Source of the DNA: Lepidodermella squamata
Lineage: Eukaryota > Animalia > Gastrotricha
Reading direction: 5' to 3'
Assembly (NCBI GenBank): GCA_047495785.1
Contig: JBLDXI010000019.1
Location: forward strand, 186,001-250,000
Length of the DNA: 64,000 nucleotides
A program made the position numbers and the translations under genes. Below, piece by piece: positions 14,601-29,281 of this stretch (position 1 is its first letter; each line of letters starts with the position of its first letter). The notes under the pieces are model-generated. The model had not been told where the DNA came from and searched no databases. It worked only from the letters and a program-made list of their open reading frames with translations.

Positions 14601-17600
14601 GTCCTTTCGTACTTTATCGGTATGTGGCGTCCGGATGGAAATGACTGGAAACTGTACGATGGTTGGACCAACTATGCTCCGACTTTTACTAACTACGTCG
14701 GCGGAACTCCTCCAGCTATCAACATGGGCGATAACTGCGTAGTCATGGCTGGGTCGACTGGACTGCAGCGAGCGGTCGCTTGTTCGGACATGAATCCTTA
14801 CATCTGCGAGAAACCGATCTACGGCGGGAAGGCGACGAAATACACTGTTCGAACGGCATCACGGCGATACGTTGCCCCGTACAAGGCCGATCCAACTTGC
14901 GCGCTAGGTTGGCTTCTGAATACACTGACCTCGACTTGCTTCAAGCTGATCACTATCGGCCCTAAATCATGGGCAAATGCTGAAAATGACTGCTTTACTC
15001 GCTTTGGCGCACATCTGGCTTCTGTCAACACCGCTGACGATCAAAAGTTCTTCACAGCAAACGTTACAGCGTTAGTATCACTTTTTAAACAGTTTGAACA
15101 ATTTATAATTGGGATTTCATTTTTTGAAAATTAGGTCAGCTGGTAGCGATGTTTGGATCGGTCTATCCGAGGTCGGAACTGCTAACAATTGGCTATGGCG
15201 GGACAATAGCGATACAGCGAATGGCGCTAAACCTTGGGCAGCTAATCAACCTATTTCAAATCAGCTCGGCTTCGTATTCTACCAGGCTAACACTCAGTTT
15301 TGGTACGAAGGAGTTGGGACTGAACTGAAATCCTACGCCTGCTCAAAGCCGGCTCTCAACGGCATTGACTCGTGGGCTGGCACTTGCCCATCAGGTTACA
15401 CAGAGTTCAGCGGCCGGTGTTTCAAATTTGCGGCTACAAGTCTTAGCCAAACTGCTGCTAGTACGAACTGCATGAACGAAGGTGGCGGCCTAGTCACCAT
15501 ACGATCTGACGAAGATTTCGCATTTGTCCGCGCTATGGTACCACCAACTGTGTAAGTTATCGAATTCGATTTGATGGTGTATATAAACAGTTTATTTTTT
15601 CAGTAACCAAGTTTATACTGGTCTGCAATACCTGACGAGTAAGACTTGGAACTGGACGAATGACGTGAGGGACTACAACCCGGGTTACGTCCACGCCGCA
15701 ATGTGGGCTCCGAATAAACCAGCAGCTTCAACCGGTTGCGCCGTCCTGTCACGACCTGATAAACTATTCGCAATTCCTGTAGCTTGTACCACGACAGCTC
15801 CTTATATCTGCGAACAACCTGCTGCAGTTTGCCCGCCACAGTGGAGCATCTGGGCCGGGGCGTGCTACCGCGTTTTCAACACTCCACTACACGTTCAGCC
15901 CGGGACGGACTACGACACTTCGAAAATGGCGTGTCAAATCGAAGACTCTCTTCCGGTTTCACCTGTGAACCAAGCCGAGCTTCAGTATGTTATCAACCTA
16001 TCCGGTGCTGGCAAGCGATTCGCTTTCGGACACAGACGACTGGCGACCTCAGCTGGTTTCATCGATATGTGGGGCAGGCCGAGTGTTTTCAAAGGACAAA
16101 GTAGCCCGCCTACTTCTGGGGCCTCCTATGCCTTCTACACTGGCAGTGGTACAAGTATCAGCTACACATCAGATCTATGGCCCGAAACCACGGTTTGCCA
16201 AAGTCCAAGTAATTTTTAAACATTGCTCGTTCGTCGTTGTTCTATTCATTTTTTAAATTTCCAGCTAAGCTCACACCAGATATTTGCATGAGGCAGTGCT
16301 CTGCGTTGACTGACTTCAAATGCAACACCTTCCAATACGACGGTCAATCGTGCACGTTCATGAGCCATGTTGCCTCAGATGAATGGTTTGGTCTTCGTGA
16401 AAGCAATGGAACCATTGATACTTACTCGGTATGATCCAAGTTTTTATGGTGAAATTTACCCATTTTGTTATCTGTAAGGTTCGGCGTGATTTGTGTGTCG
16501 ATAATGTGATGAGTGAGATGAGAATGGCGTACAGTGTTCAGGGTGGGTTGACCTATGACTTCCGTGATAATGTAACCATGGATTCGCCGAGCGGGTTCAT
16601 CCCAACTGACGATGCCGATTATCTGAGTGTCGAGTTCTACAACTTGATTTGGTTATCCGCCATCAAGATTGCGAAACGCGCCGATGCTAATGAATACATC
16701 AAAACTTTCATTGTCTCCTACACCTTCGACAGCAGTGTTTGGTATAACTATCAAAGCTCGCCTGGGGTTGATGTCATCTTCCAGGGAAATACCGTAGATG
16801 ATCTGGTTATCTCAATCAGCTTTGACCGGCCAATTCTCATGAAGGCCGTAACCATCATCCCTAAAACATGGCAAAATAAAGCAAGCTTCAGGATGGATGT
16901 CGTCGGATGCCATGGTTTGTTTTAAATTTATTTGCACGCTTGATAATGTCTCCCCGAAAAAATTAGCTGCGATGTTCGTGGATTACGGTGACTACGTCTA
17001 TCCAGCTTCTGGAACCTATGCAGTCCAAGCTACAGGCTACAGCCCGAGAAACAATGTGACAGCTAGAAGCGTCGATACTGCCGTTCAAACTCGGCTTAAC
17101 AGTGTTGCGATCCCGAAGCTTCCTTCTCTAGGTTTCGGCGAAGTGGCCATTATCCCTTTCACCTACACCGAGGCGGCTGCGTTCTGTTGGCCTAAACCTA
17201 ATGTCACCTTCAACGGAACAATGCTTCGTAACGCATCAGTTATCGTTTCCAAGAAGACTGGTCAAAGTAAGGCTATTAGAAATTCACAAAATCAGATTCA
17301 ATAGCTCAATTTTCCAGTGTATGTCGGCTTGGCTGAGTATGGCCGTGTCGGCAGCTATCCCGCTCGACTTTCATTGGACAACTTGCTGTCTGACCCTGTA
17401 GAAACTAATACTGTTCTTTGGGTCGACTATCCGGTTCAGAACTTGCGAATTTCGACCAATGCATCTGAAATGAGAGGCGTGTTACCGAATCAAACAGTTG
17501 CAGTTTCCGTGACATTGGTAAGTTTATCGGATTATTTCGATTAGGATTCATTGATGCTTTTATTTAGTCAAACTGCACGCGTTGTAATATCTCAATATCT

Positions 17601-20600
17601 TACGGTGCGGCCGATGCGAGTCCAACATCGTATTTTAACTCGGTTAGTCTTTGTTAACAGAGTCAAACAGTGGCAATGCATTTAATGTTGTCTACAGTAC
17701 GATATAATTGTCGGGGATACTCCGCTTGCTGATGTTCCCGCGGTAGTGTAAGTTGTTCTGGAAGTGAGCAAATATAGATCTTAAAGCTCTTGGTCGTTTT
17801 TGCAGTTTTCCGAGTGTAGGAGGCTACTTCATTACCGCAACAGGCACCAACTACCTGCCATATGTGAAGACCTTCGTCTATGATATCTACGTTCAGAATC
17901 CACCATGCAAAAAATGCTTTAGCTACGGCGTTTCCCCACCCACAGCTTTGCCATACTACGGCTCAGCATCAGTCCTGTTCAGCTTCTACTTCACGGGACC
18001 TGTCTCCCAATGGCCGAGCAATGCTTCGATGTACGTTGACTTCATGGATGGAACCAATGCCACCATGGCATTCGACAACTCCAAGATTCCGTAATTAACC
18101 GTCTGAGTGAAGTAGATCTAGTAATAAAGAAAATATTCTTCATTTAGACCTGCATCTAAGACTCCAAGCGTTACTAACCTGCTTGTCGGAACTATTTCAC
18201 ATGCCTACAAGCAGTGGGGCACCTACACGGCTTTCATGCAAGTTTTCAATCGAGTTGGAGCCGTTAATGGCAGCGCTACTGCTGTGATCGATGAAGATAT
18301 TCTTGGGATCGTCATCAGCGCGGATAAGTACTTCATCGTGCCTGGTCAAAGTGTGACATTCAACGTAACTTGGATCTGGGGTACTCGCTTCGACTGGCAA
18401 ATTGTTATCCCCTACCCTGATGGCACTATCAAACGATCACCTTCATTCAACTGGACTGTCAATACATGGACTTGGACTGCAGAATCAGTCGGGGGTTATT
18501 ACCCAGCTGTTAGCGGAACGAGTAACGTAACTAAAGGCAGATCAAGCATTATAGCTCAGCCTGTTGCTGTTCAATACCCTGTTGATCCGTTGAGTTATAA
18601 GTTGACTGTCACTCCTGAGAAGAATAAGCTTGAATTCACGGGGCCTGATGACAACATTGGTCATGCGGATACTTACTTCATCCTTTGGCAAAACAGCGCT
18701 CTCACTCCTCCAACAGATCCAAGCTACATGGTCTATGTAAGATCTGTCTTAAGAATATTATCAGAACAACCATTTTAAAATTTTCAGTACGGAGACGATA
18801 CTAAGAACGACAATGATTTGAAGCTAGTCTGTGATCCAAATATCGCGAGTATTGTAGATGGTTTGAGATTTTTACGTTGAATTATCCGCAGCTAAAGTAA
18901 ATCTCCAGGTCCGTGGTTCGCTTGCTTGAAATTCTCGCATTCGTATGCGGCTGCTCTGCGTTTCGAGCCCTCAGTGCAAATCTTCAATCTTGCTAGCCGG
19001 GGCACTTTCAGCGCCGCTTTTACAGTATACGTCTCAATCTACAACCTGCGAATTGCAGTTCAATACGCTGAAAATGAGACAAATGCTAATTGGGTTTCCG
19101 GATTCCCTCGAATTGATCCGGCTAAAGGACCGCTGTCTTACTCACAGTTGTTTTTCCCGGTCGGCAAGCCTCTTCGAATCATCGGCCAGGCTAAGTTGGG
19201 CGAGGGTCATCGTTACTGCTTCTCAACTAACATCGAAGGTCCTTTGAACGATTGCAACGGGGCGTGGTCTCCAACTCCAAATTTCGTGGTCAAAAAATTC
19301 GAGTATGGTGATTTTTGCTTTTAACCCATTATCTACTTGTGTTTCGGCTTAGTTACGACACGCCTTGTGGCGCCCGCATGGAGGAGCAGACCGGCCAACA
19401 TTGTGGTATGGAACTGAAAGTCGTCACGTCCTCGCCCATCGAGACGGCAACAGCCACGCTAACTGTATTCTTGCAACACACTGCTGTGAATCTGAGAATG
19501 ACTGAATACGGCCCAGAAACGGAGAACAAAACCTTCCCGCTTTTCGTCGAATTCGACAGATTTGGGACCGACTCTTGGTGAGAAATAAACAACATTTCAA
19601 GGAGTGATATTTCTATCGTTTTTCTCAGCATTGAGCTGGATTATGGTTCAGACTACATGGAGACTGGCTACACTCGAGTTCAGTTGTATGGTTCGGAATA
19701 TATGTGCCAGAACTTTGTAAGTGCCTGAATAGTATCTTTCGCGATGACTTTAACATTATGTAAATGTAATTGCATTAGTATAACCAAGATACCATGAAGT
19801 CACTGAAACCAATTTCCGGCGCCCTCATCGCTGCTAAAAAGATCCCAGTGCCTCCAATCTACTATAAAAAGGGGCTTTACCCTGTAAAAGTCCGTGTCCG
19901 CAATTTCATCGAATCGCAAGACTGGCAAACTAACAGGAACTTGCAAGTCACAGTTACTGTCACAAAAGGACCTTGCACCTATCCAAGGCTCTACGTGACG
20001 ACTGAGATGACGCAGAGTTTCAAGAAGGACGACCTTACTATACCGGCTCAGGTGTTCTTCAACTGCACATCATCGACACAAGTCAATTTGAACTGGACCA
20101 TGCTTTACCGACCGACAGCTACTGCAGCTTGGGCCGATGTAACTAAACGCTATCTGTCTCTCGACACGAGGATTCAATACTTTGATGGCGTGGTTGGCAT
20201 GACATCGCCGTTCGACAAAAGTTTGACTTTCCTTGGCACGACCTTACCTTACGGCTTTTACAAGTTCATTATGGATGGTGAGAAATTGTTGCAAATAGTT
20301 TGCTATGATTCATATAAATATTTTTCAAGCTAATATGCCTGAGGAAATCGGTCTGAACAACACCTTATCGTACACCGTTGAAGTTATCAAGTCGGACTTG
20401 GTTGTCGGAATACTCCCACCAGGTGGACGCCAAGATTTGGTCTTCAGACAACCTGCCAAGCTGAATGCCTATACTAAGGCTTACGATCCAGACATCGGTG
20501 ACGAAAAAGGGTCGAAAGATGGCATCAAAGTGTACTACTTCTGCAAGCGAGATTGTGACGGTAGCTGGCCAACCTTCACATCGTTCCAGCAGGTTCAAGA

Positions 20601-23600
20601 TTTCATCAATAATCCAAACACTTTCGAAAGCAAATATCCGGACTTTAAATGGGGCAAATGCACGACTACCGATCCGGATTTGTTGAGAGACAGCTACGAC
20701 GTCAATGGTTGCTTTGCTGGCGCACTTCACAAATACCGGCCAAATGAAGATCCTGCTCCTTCATGGGGATTTCCATCTCTCAATCCTACGAGTTTCACTC
20801 GAAAGATTCCGAAGAATTTGTGTGGAGAAAACGCTACAGGCGACTGCACTATTGAGCTGTCAAATCTCTCGCAGAAGGATTTCACTTTAACCATAGACAC
20901 GAGTTATCAATTTGAGAACCAGACTTACAATTTGCTGGCGATTGTCACTAAGGACGACCGATTCAAGACCGTTCGGCAGGCATACCGTTTAGAACGTGGC
21001 GCTGCTCCTCAAGTTTTGGTTCAGACCGTGTCGAACTGCGTCTATCCTCACAAGGACGTTTTCAAATTCAATCCAACATCAAGAGGATCTTTCCATGGAT
21101 TGGTCGGGGATCGCATCATCGGGCGTACTTACTACTTCAATTGGCAGTTAATCAAAGTCCCGAAAAATCGAACGATAAACGATTTGATGGAAAATCTGGA
21201 CGACTCTGTCAAGCTCTATGCCATGCCTTATCCAACCAAACCAAATGATAAAACACTCAGCTGGGTGAATAAAACCAGCACTGGTCGAACGGTCGATGAT
21301 CTCTCGTTCAACTCTGACGCTTTCGGATCGTCCGAGTACGGAAATTACTACATCGTTTACGTCGCGGTGACAAGAGCTGGCAATCCCCGTCAAGGAATTT
21401 CTTCTCAGCCATTCTACATCAATACCCCGCCTAACATTGTGAACGTAACTTGCGCCTCGAATTTTGCCCAGGGCTACGCAATGAATACAGTCTTCACGTT
21501 CCTATGCAAGGGTTTCCAGTCAATCAATGGACCCCTGACCAAATTCGTCTTCTCTATGCAAGCTTGCAGCTACTGCCCATTTGTAGTGCTCACCCCAACC
21601 CTGGGCGCGCCAAGCTTGATGTCTGGTATCAAGCTACCACCTGGTGTTCCTGAAGAGAACTACATGGTTACTATTTTCATCGATGCGATCGATGCCTTCG
21701 ATTCGTTATCTCGAGCTAAATTTCAGATCAGAGTGCAGCCTAAGACTAATCTGACTGAATGCATGGATAAAGCTGCAGGATATGGTCGATCCATCTCTCT
21801 GTACAAGCCTGAAGACGTTTGTCAAAACATGTATTCCTTCGCTGGAATCTTGAATGAAGTTGTATTGGACCCGATTTACAAACCAAACGCCACGGCATAC
21901 GCTTTGATGGATAAAGACCAAAAGTTGGCGGAAGATAAGAAAGTCAACACTGACACTGATCGGTATATGAAGGAGCTCCAGATCCTCAAAAACATTCGCT
22001 GGAACATGACTCAATGGCTGGTCGACGCAGTTACGACAAAAACAGGTATCAAACGCGACGGGAATTCAGTCAAAGTATGTTGCAGTGCTACGGCGAATGC
22101 GATGAGTGTCGCTGAACAATGTTCGGAGAATCGAACAGCTTCGAATGCTTTGGCTGTTACTGATAAATTGACTGACATTTTGCGAGATCTGTCCAGACTT
22201 TCGACTCGAGATGTCGATCAAATTGAAGCAGCTACTTCTGCTTGCATCGGGGCTGTTGGCAAGGTTTCTGAATCATTGGAAGATAACCTCAGTAAAATCA
22301 AAGAAAAGGCTAAGATACAACAGGATAAGTTGAAAGCCCTTGGGCTTGACAGGGATGATGATAAGAAACGGAAGAAACGAGATGCCGACGAAGCTGATCC
22401 ATACGGAACCATGGAACATGCTCAGAAGCGGACGGCGTGGTTCAACTCAGTCAATGATAAGCTCGACACAATAGTTATGGGTGGAAAAGTCATCGCAGAA
22501 GCTTCATCGACTGTTTGCAGTCTGGGAGCAGCTTCTAATTTGCAGCGCAGATTTATCGGCGCCCTGAATAATGCCGTAATTCCAACAGGAAGTCCCGATG
22601 ACTGTGGCTCTTTCCACATTACGGATGCATATGAAATGCTGAAGGAGGCAGATCCAATGTATGGACAACCTGGTTCTGAAAAAGATCGGAAATCGCGCCT
22701 CGAATTTGTTGATGTGCAGCTTAAATCGAACCAGGCGTCCGGAAATCCTTACAAATACGATAACAGCTCCGATGATCTGAACAGCGCTGTTCAAGGATTG
22801 ATTTTCCTCAACTCATCAGGCTACGAAATTCCTGTCCATGACCTTCCGTTCGAGCTTGAAGTCATTGTCGAATCGAAGAATCCTTCGTCACCTGAGGATT
22901 CAGCTTTGAAGACTTTGAGTGCTCCGTCACCTCGAGCAATGAAGTCCATGCTCATGAATGCATCATCTCTGTCAGCTATGTTCATCTCGGTCGAGCGGTG
23001 GAATCTCCCGAATGTTTGTAACATGACGGGAATTTCGCAGAACGAAGTTGGTCTGAACATGACATGCACTGGTGGTAATTACACGACTCTGTTGTATGAC
23101 TTCCAAAACGTAACCATCCCATCTCTCAACATCACCGACGAGGAAGTTGTTTTCTTTGTCTACGGCAAATTCAACGAAACTCCAACTGAGTTCAACTACG
23201 ACCTATCGTGTACCTTGCCTCTATATTCATTCGAAGAGGATTACAAAGAAGCGACTGGGTTGGATTGGCCAAGTGACGAAATGCCAGTTGAGGGGACGAC
23301 GCCGACTGTTTACAATGTGACCTCGCCCAGGCCGCAAACAACTACGGCGGGTTTCTACACTACAACAATGCGACCTACGACTACAACTGCAGCTCCGATT
23401 ACGACGACAACTCAAGCGCCAACTACAACAACTCCGTCAACTAAGAATGCGCCGAGCTGCTCTAGCCTTCAGTATGTTAATGTCACGTGTTGCAATGGAA
23501 GTGTCGCCATTGACGGGTCATGCCGGGGCAAATACATTTTCCCAACAACCCCTGCCCCAACTGTTGTACCAGTTGCTCAAAAGGTGAAGAAAAACTGTAC

Positions 23601-26600
23601 TGTTCCATCTAAGCCAGATCGAAACACCTGTTTCTTCGACCATCGTGTTGTAAATATCACCGATGGGTCGAGGTTGATCAAATTCGGTGTAAGAGCAGTA
23701 CCAAGATCACAAGTTCGGGCATACTTGAACAAGTTAGTAAGTGAAAAGGGGAAAAACTTGTCGCCAACAGACGCATTTAACATGACATCAGCATCACTCG
23801 TGGCCAACTTTTCTGTCCGGGTTGGATACAAGTACGCCAGTTTCCAGTCAAGCTGCAAATTTTTCAACAAAACCACCCAGCAGTGGTCCAGCTATGGTTG
23901 CAGAGTTGGTCGCCTGAGCACTCCCGGCGGAAATCCTAGCCTGACTCAGTGTTTCTGTAACCACTTGACCAGTTTCTCATCCGGGTTCGACGTACCCATG
24001 AATACCTTCGACCCGAAAGACTCAGCTTTCTCGAAACTCGATCAAAATCCGATTTGCTTCGCATTTGGCATTTGCATAGTTTGCCTCTACTTCACTGTCC
24101 TTATCTGGGCAAGGAAACGAGACCGAGAGGATGAAATGAAGTGGGGAACAACTCCGTTGGCCGATAATGACCCAAGAGACAAGTACGCATATGAATTGAC
24201 TGTATGGACAGGAACTCGAGCTGGAGCTGGAACAACGGCCAGGGTTTCATTCATGCTTCGAGGTGATGAGGGAGAAACGCCAGTTCACATGCTTGAAGAT
24301 GAGGAAAGACAGGTCTTGCAACGCGGGAGCATCGACTCTTTCCTACTTCTGACCCCAAGATCACTCGGCCGTCTGGTGCAACTTCGAATCTGGCACGATA
24401 ACTCTGGCAGAAAACCGAACTGGTACTTCTCGCGAATGCAAGTCCATGATCTGCAGAGAAACCGCCAGTTCTATTTCTTGAACGACCGCTGGCTCGCGAT
24501 CGACGAGGATGACGGCATGATCGAACGCATTGTCAACGTTGCTGGGAAGAAAGAACTCACCGCTTTTGAGCATTTGTTCATCACGGGCACTCAGCGTAAA
24601 TTGACTGATGGCCATATTTGGATTTCAGTCTTCTCTCGGCCTCCCCTGTCGAAATTCACCCGCTGCCAGCGTGTCACCTGCTGCCTCACCATCCTCTACT
24701 GCACCATGTTGGCAAATATCATGTTTTTCGGAATAGATAGAGACCAACCTGGAGCCGTAAAAGTTGAACTGGGACCTATAAGTCTAACGTTAACCAAAGT
24801 GTTCATCAGTGTCGTCTCGGCTCTCGTAGTCATGCCTATGAATTTGCTGATCGCCCAGCTATTCCGACTGAGTCGGCATAAGCCAACGAAAAATGAAATG
24901 AAAATGGAAGCCCTGCGTGCTAAGGCAGCTAAATTCGCTTTAGAAGAACAGAAAGCAGCTCTTGCAGCTGGAAAATCTGCTGCGCCACGTAAATTTACAA
25001 ACAATTTCCTTACAAAATGAATCCACTCAATTTTATTCCCATAGATCAAGTTGGAGTCACGACTGTCTCTGAAGACGTTGTGGAGAAGGGCGGGAAGCTT
25101 TCAAAGAAAGAACTGAAAAAGGCCGAGAAGTTGAAGAAGCAGCAGAAGAAACAGAAGAAGCCGTTCAAGTTACCATGGTGGTGCATCATCGTTGCGTACT
25201 GCCTCGCAGCTGCCACAGTTGGTGTTTGCTTCTGGGCTATTGTCGAATACGGTGGTGCCATGGGACCAGAGAAAGCCCAGCAATGGGTTGCTGCGATGGC
25301 TCTGTCTCTCGTGACCGACATTCTCTTCATGCAACCATTGAAAATCATCGGCCTTGCTATGTTCTACGCCCTGATCATCAAGAGCCCGACGAAGGATGAA
25401 GACATCGCCGAAAAAGCTGCCTTGAAGGATGACGAAGTTTTCGTACATCAAGCTCCGACTGAAAAGGAGATGGTGGAGAGAAGGAAGATGAAGGGTGAAG
25501 ACAAGCGGGACTATGTCTTCTTGCCGCCAGATCCTGAAGAGCTGAAACTTGCGAGAGAAGTCCGTCTCAAAGAGAAGCAGATGTGGAAGATCATGCGAGA
25601 AATCGCCTTCTACGTCATGTTCCTCTACCTGTTGATGATGGTCTCATTCGCAACTCAGGATGATTGGTCGATGGTTCTACAGAAGCAAATGCGGAGCGTT
25701 TACTTTGACGGGTCATTGGCTTCAGCACCTTACAATGAGTCTGACCCGGATGCTGTGAAAGCTTACAGGCCTGATCTTGACCCGCATGAGGAGGCTTTCA
25801 TGAACATTGCGGACGCTCCGAACGTTTACACGTATCTTGAAAGAACTTTGATTCCATCTCTACTCGACGGGTCATGGTACAACGGCGATTTCGACCAGGC
25901 GTCTGATATTTTCACCAATGACCAGAATACTTACCTGGTCGGGTCTGTGCGGATCCGGCAGGTTCGAACCAGGTCTGATGCTTGCCGCATCCCGATGAAA
26001 GCTCGCGGCTTCTACACCGAGAAATGCAAGTCGGCCTACTCCATTTTGGACGAAGAAAATCGCAACTTCACCGCTGGCTGGGAACTGGCACCCGTTAGCA
26101 ATAAGACCCGGGACAAGAGCGGGAAATTCATAACTGAGGGTGATCCGAATGGCTTCGCTTACCGCTCTGTAATTGACGATAGAGGCTTCCCTGCAACTGG
26201 TATTTTGACTACTTACAACGGTGGTGGCTACATTGTTAACCTTGGGCGAGATATCGCGGGGGCTCTGGCTAAGATTGAGTTCCTGAAAGCTAGCAGGTGG
26301 ATCGACGCCCAAACCAGGGCTATTTTCATTGAATTCAACGTGTACTGCCCCAACCGAAACATCTGGGCTATCTCACAGACCATCGTCGAATTCTTCGAGG
26401 GAGGTTCAGCCATTCTGTATCCCTACTTCTACGTGACAAAAGTCGACGGCTACTTCGGTCCATTCGCTTTGGTACTTCTTGGATTCGAAATTGTCACGTT
26501 CATCATTGTGGTCGTTCTTTTCGTCCGAGAAGTCAAACTTGCGTTGAAGTACAAGAAAGCCTATTGGATGGATGGTTGGGCTGTACTTGAGTTCACCCAT

Positions 26601-27425
26601 TTACTGTCGTGTATCATCATGGGGGTCATGTTTATCCTACGTTGGGGAATGTCGCGAGTTTTCATCGGCCAGAAGTACAAGAAGCAATCGAAAGAGAACT
26701 ACTTGAACTTCACGCTCTTCGTCACCTACGACATGTTGGTTCAGGTCTTCATGGGTTTCGTTCTTTTCGTCGCTTTCCTGAGAATGATTCGTCTGCTAAG
26801 ATTCAACCGCCGCCTCGTTCTCATGATTGATACTCTGGCGCATGTCAAGGGGATGATGCTGTCATTCTTTGTCGTTTTCTTCGTTGCCTATCTAGCATTT
26901 GCGCAAATGGGCTACATAGCTTTCGGCACGAAGAACGCTGGCTATTCGACCTTCATCACCGCTCTTGAGTCACTCTTCGGTATGATCCTCGGCGCTTACG
27001 ACTACGACGGCCTGAAATCAGCGAATCGTTTCGTCGGCCCGCTGTTCTTCATGATGTACACGCTATCCATCAACATCTTCTTGGTCAATGGCTTCGTCGC
27101 TATTCTTATGGTCTCGTACGAAGAAGTTCGAAACGACGCGGCTCGTCTCGGTAACGACCACGAAATCATGCAGTTCATCATGCAGAAGTTCAAGGCGATG
27201 ATCGGCCTGGCACAGGCTCGACCCACCTCACTGTCGATTGATAAACGCTTCGCCTACATCGATGCTGCTCTGCATGAGGATGAGGTTGATAAGTTCACGT
27301 CTCGCATGGATGAATTGATGACAAAACTGGACAAGCATCTCGAGAAGACTAAGACGCAGTTCTCAACCATGTTCGACCAACAATTCCTGTCACGCCAAGC
27401 GCGCGAGATTTACATTACGGACTAA
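5618..27425 (+). CDS. Giant polycystin-1-like (PKD1/REJ family) receptor-channel, multi-exon, roughly 6,500 aa
   Basis: Signal peptide at 5618. C-type lectin (~5690-6165), ~5 LamG/ConA-like domains (~6215-10300), Kringle (NCRNP...PWCYTQDPNTPWEYC, ~8585-8830), WSC (~10310-10580), further C-lectins (~10640-11490, ~13880-16200), FA58C x2 (~11520-11990, ~16480-16912), PKD-like repeats (YSLDFGDD), REJ, GPS (CFCNHLTSF, ~23950-23975), PLAT (IWHDNSG), then multi-TM channel region to TAA 27425. Consecutive ORFs are joined by short in-phase GT-AG introns at every junction I checked. Confidence 0.93.
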
Positions 27426-27594
27426 ATTTCACATGACAAAAAGTAGATAAAGACTTTTCCTGTTATGACGCGTAATCAAGCCATTTTTTTCGACGTGACT
27501 TAACGTCTATTGTGATATCATCGACGCTTAATGAATCGCTGGCAATCAAACGTGCGTTTTGTTTTCAAAATTGTGTCAAAAATACAGGTTTCAG

Positions 27595-29281
27595 CTATCC
27601 GGAAATCGTCGTCGTATAGTTTGCTTGGAGAACGGACAATGTTAACGAGACATTGCCTTCGTCTCCATCAAGCTCGCCTCGCTTTTCGCCTGCAGTGTAG
27701 TCGATCAATATTAGGAAATAGGTCAACAAAGCGCCGAATAGCTGGAAAATTCGAGACAAATCTCAGGGTGATGAATTTCATTAAAATTAAATTACCGCCA
27801 TAATGCTTTCATTTCGCAGGTGTAAAATGTCGAGAAAGGTAAGGGAGATAGGCTCATCATTGCACTGACCCAGTAAAATCATGAGCTGAAATAACAAAAT
27901 TAAAGGATAATTCATGACCTAAATAATTGCGAACCTGAATGCCTGAATTTCTGTCATTGTGATCGAAAAGGCTCGGCGTTGGGATTCGGTACAGCGCTTC
28001 TGTCATCTCTTTAGCCGATTTACTCAGATAGGCAGAGCTAAATATATGGCAGAACAAGAACACCGAGCAAATTAAAACCCAAGATGCCCAAATCAAACGC
28101 AGCAGAATGTCATTTTCACCCCATGCCATTTGATAGATGTTAACTAAGACACCGAAAAATCCGAAACTGACTGACGCGCCGATGATAGGCCGAGCTGTTT
28201 CGTCAATTTTCTTCACGCTAACCTTGAGAAAGCTGTGAATTTTACGAATCGCTTCGATGTCTATCGGGTGATTTGTATTGATGCAGCTCAACTTTGTTGG
28301 CCGAGTGCATACTTTGACTTCACCATTTTCATTGCCATTTTGCTGAGGGCCATCAGGCTTTTCTTTCTCACTTTCCGTGCGTTCTGCAGCTACTTTAGCC
28401 ATGTTAATGTAGGTCGACCTCACGCTACCGCCACGCTTGTAATATTCGGCGATAAATCGCTTGACTAACCGAAACCGCCCGCCGTATTCGATTGTGATGC
28501 AGCAAATAAGCGCACTTGTGAACACTGACGCTGTATCAGAGACAAACGAAAGGAAGCAAACTATCCCAACCCCGACGTAGTACCAATTGTGGTGATTTTC
28601 GTGAAGTAGCTGATAAAACGGTGCGATGCTAGTTCCAAACGAGTCCTCTTTGATTATCGCCAAAACTGTGATGAATGTATTGTTGAAAAATACGTAAAAC
28701 CAGCAGAAAATGTGGATGCCTGAGAAAAATAATAAAATAATCCTCCTTAATATAATTCGAAATTTTCGCAACTAACTGCACACAACTCGAGATCGCCATT
28801 TCGTGCAAATTGTCGTAGTTTTCACAAAGTATTCTATCGGAGAATCGTCGTCTTTCTTATAGCCAATAGACAGGCTGTTGCAGTTCAGTTTCTGCAAAAT
28901 CGCGAACCACTTATTACCCCGCCAATTGGTGACTACGAAACTTGTCCGAAGAACGGCGCACATTGTGTAATAGCCGATAATCATTGTAGCGTAGCTAATA
29001 GTCGCAAGTTTGTGGGAAGGAAGGTAGTACCAGAGTGACACAACTCTTACGACATTACACCAGCCGAAAAAGCAGAGAATTATTGGGTAGATGTGGTGTT
29101 TCAATGACTTAGCAGGTTTGTCTCTAATCAACACCAGATTTTTGTCTGAAGATTCCGAGCTGGTCGAGTCGATCGATAGACGCGAGAGTTCGTATCGGCA
29201 CCATTCCAAATCCGAAGTCGGGTAAAGACCGCAGATTTGAAGCGAGCGTAGTAGAGGGGCGAATGTGTCTCGAAAATTCAT
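27595..29281 (-). CDS. Gustatory-receptor-like (GRL / 7TM ion channel superfamily) protein
   Basis: N-terminal FAPLLRSLQICGLYP. Introns 28720-28776, 27886-27933 and 27742-27795 (last two phase 0, near the C-terminus). Last exon gives LFGALLTYFLILIDY, matching the TM7 TYhhhhhQF-type signature; stop TAG at 27595. Confidence 0.85.

Noticed and set aside
28772-28774. Premature stop suggesting the GRL is a pseudogene or uses readthrough
   Set aside because: The TAG lies inside a 57-bp GT-AG intron (28720-28776).
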